Shown here: one piece after another, positions 57,060-64,000 of the stretch | Layout of the letters: the number at the start of each line of letters is the position of its first letter | Position numbering within the stretch: position 1 is the stretch's first letter | NCBI GenBank assembly: GCA_041485695.1 | Contig: JBGPJZ010000002.1 | Location: 65,499 to 129,498, forward strand | DNA from: Minisyncoccia bacterium | Lineage (GTDB): Bacteria; Patescibacteriota; Minisyncoccia; Phycocordibacterales; Phycocordibacteraceae | Length of the DNA: 64,000 bases | Direction: 5' to 3' | Translations under genes and position numbers: made by a program | The notes under the pieces: model-generated | Seen by the model: the letters and a program-made list of their open reading frames with translations, nothing else | Databases searched by the model: none | What the model was told of the DNA's origin: nothing

Positions 57060-58415
57060 ATGTTAGACCTCAAAACAATCAATTCGGTCTTAGGGGAGTT
57101 CGAGGAGCGCGGTATCGAGCGGCAGACGATGATCGACGCTATCGAAAGCGCCATGGCGACCGCATACAAGCGCGAGTTCGGCAAGCGCGGGCAAGTCATC
57201 CGCACCAAGCTCGACATGAATACGGGCACGGTCTCTTTCGAACAGGTCAAGACCGTTGTCGACGACACGCTCGTCCGCTTCCCCAAGGAAGATGAGGAGG
57301 CGCCGGCGCACGATGCCCACCCGCACCATTTCCATGAAGAGGAGGTGTTGGCTGAAGGAGAACTCCCTCGCTACGACTCCGAGAAACACATCCTCATCGA
57401 GGATGCGAAGCGCATCAAGCGCGACGCGGCGCTTGGCGGCGAGATCATCTTCCCTCTTGAGCCGCAAGAGGACTTCGGCCGCATCGCGGCACAGACGGCG
57501 AAGCAAGTCGTCATTCAAAAAGTGCGCGAGGCCGAGAAGCAGTCGATGCTTGAAGAGTTCGGCGAGAAAAAAGGCGAGATTGTAAGCGGGCTGGTGCAGC
57601 GTATGGAGCGCGGGGCGCTTTTCATCGACCTCGGCCGCACCACCGGCATCATCCCGTACGAAGAGCAGATACCTGGCGAGCGCTATCGCCCTGGCGAGCG
57701 TATCCGTGCCTATCTCTACAACGTTGAGGAGGGCTTTCGGGGCGTCTACCTGCGTCTCTCCCGCGCGCATCCTAAATTCATCGTCAAGCTTTTCGAATCA
57801 GAGGCGCCCGAGCTAGCTGCGGGCTCAATCGAGGTGAAAGGCATCGCGCGAGAGCCGGGGAGCCGGACGAAGATCGCGGTCGCTTCCTTGGACCCGCATG
57901 TCGACCCGGTCGGCTCCTTGGTGGGCCAGCGCGGCGTGCGCGTCTCGACCGTGATGAGCGAGCTTGGCGGTGAACGCATCGACATCATCGAGTGGAATGA
58001 AAACGCTACTGCCTATATAAAGGAGGCACTTTCACCCGCGACTCCTCTTGAGGTCGTGCTCGACGAAGCTGCGCATCGCGCCACCGTCACCGTCTCTCTC
58101 GACGAGCAGTCGCTTGCTATCGGGCGAGGCGGGCAAAACGTACGCCTTGCCGCGAAGCTTACGGGGTGGAATATCGACATCGTGTCTTCGCAGGGCGCGA
58201 ACGTTGCTGAAAGCGATGGCGACGAGGTGACGCTCGCTTCCGAGTCCTCGGTACAGGCAGGAGTAAGCCCGACTGAAAGCAACGAAATAATCACTGACGA
58301 CACGGTCGAGAAGACCGTCCTCCCTGCAGAGGAGGAGCTCACACCTGCCCCCTCGGGAGACGAGACCGTAGCCGACAAGGAGGAGGACCGCGACAAAGAA
58401 GCTCCGAGCGAGTAA
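57060..58415 (+). CDS. nusA: transcription termination/antitermination factor NusA (acidic C-terminal tail)
   Basis: N-terminal domain, S1 and two KH domains (...GIAREPGSRTKIAV...VGQRGVRV...), then ~90 aa Asp/Glu-rich tail. Confidence 0.85.
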   Translation: MLDLKTINSVLGEFEERGIERQTMIDAIESAMATAYKREFGKRGQVIRTKLDMNTGTVSFEQVKTVVDDTLVRFPKEDEEAPAHDAHPHHFHEEEVLAEGELPRYDSEKHILIEDAKRIKRDAALGGEIIFPLEPQEDFGRIAAQTAKQVVIQKVREAEKQSMLEEFGEKKGEIVSGLVQRMERGALFIDLGRTTGIIPYEEQIPGERYRPGERIRAYLYNVEEGFRGVYLRLSRAHPKFIVKLFESEAPELAAGSIEVKGIAREPGSRTKIAVASLDPHVDPVGSLVGQRGVRVSTVMSELGGERIDIIEWNENATAYIKEALSPATPLEVVLDEAAHRATVTVSLDEQSLAIGRGGQNVRLAAKLTGWNIDIVSSQGANVAESDGDEVTLASESSVQAGVSPTESNEIITDDTVEKTVLPAEEELTPAPSGDETVADKEEDRDKEAPSE

Positions 58416-58427
58416 CATATCCTGTAT

Positions 58428-58952
58428 ATGAACTTACTTCATGATATCGACCCAGGAACCTCGGAGGAGATGAATGTCATCATCGAGATCCCCAAGGGCT
58501 CTCACAATAAGTACGAAGTCGACAAAAAGACGGGGCTCATCAAACTCGATCGCGCAAATTACACTCCGGCTGCATACCCAATAGAGTACGGGTTCATCCC
58601 TCAGACGCTTGATGACGACGGCGATGCGTCAGACGTACTCCTCTTTGCAACGTACCCTATTCACCCCGGGGTACTCGTTGAGGTGCGCCCAGTTGCGCTG
58701 ATGGAAATGACTGATGACGGTGAACGAGATAATAAAATTATCGGCGTACCAGCAAAAGATCAGCGATGGGACGATGTACAGGATCTAAAAGACCTGAATC
58801 GTCATGCTCTCCAAGAGATAAAATTGTTTTTCGAGACAATCAAACAACTCAAGACAAAACCAGCGGTCGTTACCGTACACGGATTTAAAGACCGCGCGGC
58901 TGCGCAAGCTGAATTTGAGCGCGGATGTAAGATGTACGCCGACAAAAAGTAG
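58428..58952 (+). CDS. ppa: inorganic pyrophosphatase (family I)
   Basis: ...KYEVDKKTGLIKLDR...YPIEYGFIPQTLDDDGD..DVL... are the family I active-site Asp cluster. Confidence 0.9.
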   Translation: MNLLHDIDPGTSEEMNVIIEIPKGSHNKYEVDKKTGLIKLDRANYTPAAYPIEYGFIPQTLDDDGDASDVLLFATYPIHPGVLVEVRPVALMEMTDDGERDNKIIGVPAKDQRWDDVQDLKDLNRHALQEIKLFFETIKQLKTKPAVVTVHGFKDRAAAQAEFERGCKMYADKK

Positions 58953-58954
58953 CC

Positions 58955-59143
58955 ATGCCCCCTTCAAGCCCGGCACCGCTTATCCAGCCCCCTACCCCTC
59001 GGCAACAGTCGTGGGGCACCATCGTCTCCTTGGTGATTATCGTCGCGATGATCATCGTAGGGGCCTTGTACGCCTGGGGTAAGCGCATCGCCGATGAGCG
59101 CGCCCTGGTGCCTGCAACCGCGACGACGACTGAAACGTACTAA
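58955..59143 (+). CDS. small single-TM hypothetical protein (62 aa)
   Basis: Pro-rich N-terminus then TM helix [19 protein letters not shown]. Start 3 nt after the ppa stop. Confidence 0.35.
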   Translation: MPPSSPAPLIQPPTPRQQSWGTIVSLVIIVAMIIVGALYAWGKRIADERALVPATATTTETY

Positions 59144-59150
59144 CCTATAT

Positions 59151-59756
59151 ATGAATACTGAAACCAAAGTCCCGCGCGCCTCGTACCTCGTCCCTATGGT
59201 GATCGAGAAGACCCAGTTCGGCGAGCGCGCCTACGACATCTATTCGCGCCTCTTAAAGGAGCGTATCGTCTTTTTGGGCGGCCCCATTGATGACGACGTC
59301 GCGAATCTCGTTATCGCCCAGCTCCTCTTCTTGGAGGCTGAAGACCCGAAGAAGGATATCTCGCTCTACATCAATTCGCCCGGCGGCTCGGTCACAGCCG
59401 GCCTCGCCATCCTCGACACGATGAACCACGTCAAGCCGGATGTCGGGACGGTGTGCGTCGGCATCGCCGCTTCAGCCGCCGCGGTCATCCTCGCTGCAGG
59501 TCAAAAAGGCAAGCGCCACTCGCTCCCTAACGCAGAAGTGATGATTCACCAGCCGTGGGGTGGGGCGCAGGGCCAGGCGGCGGATATCGAGATTACCGCG
59601 AAGCATATCGTCGCGACACGCGAAAAATTGAACCGTATTCTTGCCAAAACGACCGGCCAGTCGCTCGAGAAAGTCTCGAAGGATGTCGACCGCGACTACT
59701 TCATGAGCGCCGACGAAGCTAAGAAGTACGGCATCGTCGACCAAGTCTATAAATAA
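59151..59756 (+). CDS. clpP: ATP-dependent Clp protease proteolytic subunit
   Basis: ...[21 protein letters not shown]...[10 protein letters not shown]...[13 protein letters not shown]... (Ser-His-Asp triad context). Confidence 0.9.
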   Translation: MNTETKVPRASYLVPMVIEKTQFGERAYDIYSRLLKERIVFLGGPIDDDVANLVIAQLLFLEAEDPKKDISLYINSPGGSVTAGLAILDTMNHVKPDVGTVCVGIAASAAAVILAAGQKGKRHSLPNAEVMIHQPWGGAQGQAADIEITAKHIVATREKLNRILAKTTGQSLEKVSKDVDRDYFMSADEAKKYGIVDQVYK

Positions 59757-59896
59757 TCCGCCGGTTGGCGGAGCAAGGAGCCGCGGCCCCCTTTGGGGGC
59801 CGCGGCTTTCGTGATAAGGTAGCGAAGTACTGCGATTCTGCGCGAAAGATACGGGTGCACGGCTGCTTTTCTTTATTCGACTTTTAGGGCGCTTAT

Positions 59897-61426
59897 ATGT
59901 CGTTACAAATCATTCTTGCACTGCTTGCGCTTTCAGGCGCCGGCGGGATTTTGCTCGGGTACGTACTCCGGTGGCTCGTCGCCTTGGGCCAGCGCGGCTC
60001 TTTGGAATTGGAAATCAAACAGAAGATGCTTGCCGCGCAGGAGAAAGCGGCCAAGATACTTTCAGACGCCGAGTACCGCGCCGAGGTGCTGGAGACCGAG
60101 CGGCTCGTCGGCATCGAGGAGCGTGAAGAAAAGACGAATAAAACCGAGGAGCGCCTCTCAAAGCGAGAAGAATTCCTGGATCAGCGCCAGCAAGATCTCG
60201 ATGCGAAAGACGAGGATATCCGCGCACGCGAGCAAGAGGCGGCTCACGCGAAGAAGGCCGCCGACGAGCTTATCGCCGAACGGACCAAGATCCTTGAGCG
60301 CGCTGCGCACCTCTCGGCAGAGAAGGCGCGCGAGGAGCTTATACATGAGGTAGAGCGCAAGAATGAGGAAGCTATCCTCCTCCGGCTCCAAAAGCTCGAC
60401 GCGCACGGCCGTGAGCGGCTTGAGGAGAAGGCGCGCAATATCCTTACCGCGGCGATTCATCGCCTCGGCAACCCCGTGAATGCCGAAGTGATGTCGCTGG
60501 CGGTCGCTATCCCCTCTGAAGAGATGAAGGGCAAGGTCATCGGCAAAGAGGGCCGCAATATCAAGGCCTTCGAGCGCGCCACCGGCGTCGATGTCATCAT
60601 CGACGAGGCTCCTTTGAAAATTACCCTCTCCTCCTTCGACCCTCTCCGCCGGCATATCGCAAAAATCGCGCTTGAAAGGCTTATCGCCGATGGCCGTATC
60701 CAGCCCGCGAAAATCGAGGAGATCGTCGAAAAGACCAAGGCCGAACTTACCGAGACAATCAAACAAAAAGGCGAGCAGGCCTGCTACGAGGTCGGCATCG
60801 TGGGGCTTGACCCGAAGCTCATCGCACTTCTCGGCCGCCTGCACTTCCGTACGAGCTACGGGCAGAATGTCCTCCAGCACTCAATAGAGATGGCGCACAT
60901 CGCCGGCATGCTTGCCGCGGAGCTCGGAGCTGATGTGCAAGTTGCAAAGAGCGGCGCCCTCCTCCATGACATCGGCAAAGCTGTCGACCACGAGGTCGAG
61001 GGCACGCACGTCGAAATTGGCCGCCGCATCCTCGAGAAATTCGGTGTCGGGAAGGGTGTCATACAGGCCATGCAGTCGCACCACGAGGAGTTCCAGTATG
61101 AAACGCCTGAATCGGTCATCGTTCAAGTGGCTGATGCCATCTCGGCTGGGAGGCCGGGTGCGCGGCGCGACACGGTGGAGCGCTATCTTGAGCGCCTCGG
61201 CGACCTTGAGCGCCTCGCGAGCGGCTTCGAGGGGGTTGAGAAGGTCTACGCCATCTCCGCCGGGCGCGAATTGCGCATTTTCGTGAACCCAGGTAAGGTC
61301 TCCGACCTCGTAATGCATAAGATGGCTCGCGACATCGCCGAACGTATCCAAAAAGAGCTCAAATACCCGGGCGAAATCAAGGTGAACGTCATCCGCGAGA
61401 ATAGAGTCGTCGAATTCGCTCGCTAA
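59897..61426 (+). CDS. rny: ribonuclease Y
   Basis: N-terminal TM helix, coiled coil, KH domain (...KGKVIGKEGRNIKAFE...) and HD domain (...LLHDIGKAVDHE...). Confidence 0.9.
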   Translation: MSLQIILALLALSGAGGILLGYVLRWLVALGQRGSLELEIKQKMLAAQEKAAKILSDAEYRAEVLETERLVGIEEREEKTNKTEERLSKREEFLDQRQQDLDAKDEDIRAREQEAAHAKKAADELIAERTKILERAAHLSAEKAREELIHEVERKNEEAILLRLQKLDAHGRERLEEKARNILTAAIHRLGNPVNAEVMSLAVAIPSEEMKGKVIGKEGRNIKAFERATGVDVIIDEAPLKITLSSFDPLRRHIAKIALERLIADGRIQPAKIEEIVEKTKAELTETIKQKGEQACYEVGIVGLDPKLIALLGRLHFRTSYGQNVLQHSIEMAHIAGMLAAELGADVQVAKSGALLHDIGKAVDHEVEGTHVEIGRRILEKFGVGKGVIQAMQSHHEEFQYETPESVIVQVADAISAGRPGARRDTVERYLERLGDLERLASGFEGVEKVYAISAGRELRIFVNPGKVSDLVMHKMARDIAERIQKELKYPGEIKVNVIRENRVVEFAR

Positions 61427-61457
61427 TTTCCTTATCCACCTGGCAGTTTTGGCGTAC

Positions 61458-61485
61458 TTGCAGGGTATTTTGCTGCGCGTATACT
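61458..61485 (+). promoter_or_regulatory. sigma70-like promoter for hup: -35 TTGCAG / 16 / -10 TATACT
   Basis: Upstream of a ~160-nt structured leader. Confidence 0.4.
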
Positions 61486-61494
61486 TGCCCCGTG

Positions 61495-61650
61495 CTCCGT
61501 TTAACTCGGACGCACAGATTTGGGGCAGTTCGAGGAGCGGGGAGACGAGTTTCGGAGGCGTACTCTCGGGTACGACGGAGAAAATCGGCGGGACCCGCAA
61601 CAAAGAAGTGCGTCAAATCTGTGCGCCCCGTTATTAATCTCACTACCAGA
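61495..61650 (+). promoter_or_regulatory. structured 5' leader of hup (long-range helix GCACAGAUUUG ... CAAAUCUGUGCGC enclosing ~85 nt)
   Basis: An ~12-bp helix formed by 61505..61518 and ~61607..61622 closes a GC-rich domain (GGGCAGUUCGAGGAGCGGGGAGACGAGUUUCGGAGG...). No ORF. Confidence 0.35.
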
Positions 61651-61652
61651 AT

Positions 61653-61925
61653 ATGAATAAAGCAGATATTGCAGGTAAAGTGCAGGCAACTCTCGGCTCG
61701 ACCCGCGCCGACGCAGAGCGCGCCGTCGAGACAGTAATCGACTGCATCACTCAAGGCCTCAAAGGAGGCGACGAGGTCTCAATCGCCGGACTTGGCATCT
61801 TCGTCGCGAAGGCGCGCCCCGCCCGCACTGGCCGTAACCCTCGCACGGGCGAGACCATCCAGATAAAGGCGACCCGCACCCCCAAATTCCGCCCCGCTAA
61901 GGGCCTCAAAGACGCCGTTAAATAA
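61653..61925 (+). CDS. hup: DNA-binding protein HU
   Basis: MNKADIAGKVQATLGS...GLGIFVAKARPARTGRNPRTGETIQIKAT... Confidence 0.9.
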   Translation: MNKADIAGKVQATLGSTRADAERAVETVIDCITQGLKGGDEVSIAGLGIFVAKARPARTGRNPRTGETIQIKATRTPKFRPAKGLKDAVK

Positions 61926-61937
61926 AAAGGGCTTAGA

Positions 61938-61976
61938 GAGACAGCCACTTCTCCCGAAGCGGCTGTCTTCTTTTCC
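61938..61976 (+). terminator. intrinsic terminator after hup (GACAGCCACUUC-UCCC-GAAGCGGCUGUC + UUCUUUUCC)
   Basis: Near-perfect 12-bp stem then a U-tract. Confidence 0.55.
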
Positions 61977-62026
61977 TCCACACACGCGGCTTGCCAACAG
62001 GCACAGGACTGTGTAAGGTTTTAATG

Positions 62027-62262
62027 TTCGTCACCTCAAGCGCTAGGAGAAAACCATGCGCAATTGCAGATCGACTTGCACTTTCTACACGGTACGAAGA
62101 ACGAAAGGCAAGAAGATCAATCGGGGAAAGACTGAGGAGAACGAAGCTCTTTTTCGGGGAGGATCCACCTAGCAGCCACTTTCAACCCATAGCTGCGTAA
62201 GCAGCCAAGCAGTTACCAACGGGCGCGGATTAGACCTCCGCGCCCGTTTTGCTATTTGAAAT
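62027..62262 (+). ncRNA. candidate small RNA (~235 nt) with SRP-RNA-like motif; identity unconfirmed
   Basis: Upstream TTGCCA-17-TAAGGT promoter (61991..62019); ends in a strong terminator ACGGGCGCGGA-UUAGACC-UCCGCGCCCGU + UUUUGCUAUUUG (62220..62262). Contains GCUGC-GUAA-GCAGC (a GNRA hairpin) and AAGCAGCCAAGCAG, which resembles the conserved 4.5S RNA domain-IV strand GAAGCAGCCAAGGCAG; AGCAGCCA also occurs 25 nt upstream. No convincing ORF. Confidence 0.3.
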
Positions 62263-63403
62263 ACTTTTTCTTTTTGAGTTTGTCGGGGAGATAAGATTCG
62301 TCCGAGTACATTTCGTAATTCTTTCCGTAGTCGAGCTCTTTCATAAGCTTGGTGGGGGCGTTGCGGAGTTTTTTGGGAACGGGAAGGTTACCAAATGCCT
62401 GTACGTCCGCCTGCGCGGCGCGGAGCGCGTTGTAGGCAGAGCGATCTTTTTTAGAATTGCATAGGTATGCGACGCCGTGAGCGAGGTTTATGGCGCACTC
62501 GGGGTACCCTATCGTCTCGCAAGTGCGAAAGACGGCGTTCGCGACGACGAGCGCCGTCGGCTGGGCAAGCCCGATGTCTTCAGAGGCGAAAACGACCATA
62601 CGACGGGCGATAAAGAGAGGGTCCTCCCCCGCTTCCACCATCCGGGCGAGGTAGTACATCGCCGCATCCGCCTGCGAGGCACGCATGCTTTTAATAAACG
62701 CACTGATGGTGTCGTAATGCTCCTCGCCTTTTTTGTCGTAGCGCAGATGCGGCGACTCAAGCGCCTTGTTCAGCGTCTCGACCGTTACCTTGCCATACAA
62801 ACTCTCGGCGCCCTCGAGCATCCCGAGCGCCTTACGCGCGTCGCCATTGGCGTAGCCCATGAGCCAATCGAACGTTTCGGCATTGATTTTTATTTTCGTG
62901 CTCTTCACGATGGCTTTCAACGCTTCTTCAGAGAGCGGTTCGAGCACGAAGACTCGCGCGCGTGAAAGGAGCGCGGGTATCACCTCGAAACTAGGGTTCT
63001 CGGTCGTGGCACCAATGAGGGTGAGGGCACCGCTCTCGACGTACGGCAAGAGAAAATCCTGCTGCGCCTTGTTAAATCTATGTATCTCATCAAGAAAGAG
63101 CACTTTCGGCTTTTGAAACATCGCAGTTTCTTTTCGCTTCTCACCCGTATCGACGATTTTCTTGATGTCTTCTTTCCCTGCAGACACTGCCGAGAGCTCG
63201 TGTAACTCAGCATCAAGGACGCGCGCATAGATGCGCGCGATGGTCGTCTTCCCCGTCCCGGGCGGGCCCCAGAGGATGAATGAGAAGAGGTGCTTCTTCT
63301 CGACCGCAACCCGCAAGGGCTTACCCCTCCCCACCAAATGCTCCTGCCCCACGACTTCGTCGAGGGTTTGTGGGCGTATGCGGGCTGCGAGCGGCTCTGG
63401 CAT
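62252..63403 (-). CDS. rarA: replication-associated recombination protein A (RarA/MgsA AAA+ ATPase)
   Basis: ...[15 protein letters not shown]...[15 protein letters not shown]...TENPSFEV... plus MgsA C-terminal domain. Confidence 0.85.
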   Translation of the reverse strand: MPEPLAARIRPQTLDEVVGQEHLVGRGKPLRVAVEKKHLFSFILWGPPGTGKTTIARIYARVLDAELHELSAVSAGKEDIKKIVDTGEKRKETAMFQKPKVLFLDEIHRFNKAQQDFLLPYVESGALTLIGATTENPSFEVIPALLSRARVFVLEPLSEEALKAIVKSTKIKINAETFDWLMGYANGDARKALGMLEGAESLYGKVTVETLNKALESPHLRYDKKGEEHYDTISAFIKSMRASQADAAMYYLARMVEAGEDPLFIARRMVVFASEDIGLAQPTALVVANAVFRTCETIGYPECAINLAHGVAYLCNSKKDRSAYNALRAAQADVQAFGNLPVPKKLRNAPTKLMKELDYGKNYEMYSDESYLPDKLKKKKYFK

Positions 63404-63475
63404 TATCTCATTGTACGCTTCTCAATAAGAAAAGGCCGACTCCGTTGGGAGCCGGCCTTCTATCCGTTGTATGGC

Positions 63476-63988
63476 CTAATCGGGCCACAGTGTAAGCATC
63501 ACGACCGAACTGCGCCACGGGAGGTCCTGCCACATACGGAGGAGCTGCTCCTCGCTCAATTCGACATTACCGATGGGGAATGCCGGGTCGTAGGCGAACT
63601 CGCCGACGCGGTCGTCCATCGCCCAGTACCGCGACCTTTCCGTGTCGTAGGCGCCCACCGTGATGATGTGATCGGCGACGGGGAGGGGGGCGTGAGCCTG
63701 CACCCATAGTGCGGCGCTCTGCCCTCCCCTCAATACTTCTTGAAGGGCCGGGATACGGTAGTTGTACGGGACGCGACTGCAGCTTGAGTCGAGCCCAACT
63801 TGCTTCAGATGTCTTTTCATGAGCCACGGCACGCCAGGACGAACACTCTTCCACAAGATGCCGTGGTTGTGGTCGATGTATTCTCTCCCTGCCGCGAACG
63901 CGAGCGACCTGCTGCAGTCCTCTTCGCAAAACGGCGGATGACGCAACCTGAACTGTGGTACGTGCTTGAAGCCGCGAACGATTGCCAA
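63476..63988 (-). CDS. hypothetical protein (170 aa)
   Basis: ORF with ordinary composition (MAIVRGFKHVPQFRLRHPPFCEEDCSRS...). An alternative 142-aa ORF overlaps it in another frame, so the frame is uncertain. Confidence 0.3.
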   Translation of the reverse strand: MAIVRGFKHVPQFRLRHPPFCEEDCSRSLAFAAGREYIDHNHGILWKSVRPGVPWLMKRHLKQVGLDSSCSRVPYNYRIPALQEVLRGGQSAALWVQAHAPLPVADHIITVGAYDTERSRYWAMDDRVGEFAYDPAFPIGNVELSEEQLLRMWQDLPWRSSVVMLTLWPD

Positions 63989-64000
63989 GACACACCTCTT

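Overview
This 64-kb window is GC-rich (roughly 60% by eye), densely coding and mostly minus-strand. It looks like the core of a small, reduced bacterial genome; everything below is read from the sequence alone, with no database search run.

Features, in order along the window:
- Start to ~13 kb: groES-groEL, secG, a membrane-anchored family-5 solute-binding protein, RNase J with an RGG-rich N-terminal extension, a lower-GC fatty-acid desaturase + FkbM methyltransferase pair, a truncated MutY-like and a truncated Nth-like glycosylase, and a VKOR / beta-helix-repeat membrane protein / MsrB / PG-binding-protein envelope cluster.
- ~13.7-18.2 kb: a two-component system, infC-rpmI-rplT and a beta-CASP RNase.
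- ~18.5-38.1 kb: an almost complete S10-spc ribosomal superoperon (rpsJ ... rplO-secY-adk-map, then ndk), followed by the str operon (rpsL-rpsG-fusA-tuf). rpmD (L30) is absent. Several genes sit in normally invariant ribosomal-gene junctions: a phosphoglycosyl transferase between rpsJ and rplC, a plus-strand orphan ORF between rplB and rpsS, and small ORFs around fusA.
- ~40-46 kb: a recJ - second adenylate-kinase paralog - rnhA - comEC operon, with sod, small ORFs and a separate ComEC-type MBL gene. This is the candidate system of most interest (a possible DNA-uptake / nucleotide-salvage module).
- ~46-50 kb: a HIT-family gene, pgk-tpiA, and a low-GC cyclopropane-fatty-acid synthase island.
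- ~50-57 kb: a type IV pilus operon (pilB-pilC, a 567-aa pilin and minor pilins).
- ~57-62 kb: nusA-ppa-clpP-rny-hup.
- ~62-64 kb: rarA.

Other observations:
- Two candidate small RNAs bracketed by sigma70-like promoters and intrinsic terminators: one between nth and mutY-like, one downstream of hup carrying an SRP-RNA-like motif.
- A structured hup leader, and hairpin/U-tract elements abutting the rplC and rpsL start codons.
- RGG-rich or Lys/Ala-rich low-complexity extensions on RNase J and several ribosomal proteins.
- Three lipid-modifying genes that are noticeably AT-richer than their surroundings.
- The gene content and reduced architecture are consistent with a CPR/Patescibacteria-like organism (inference).
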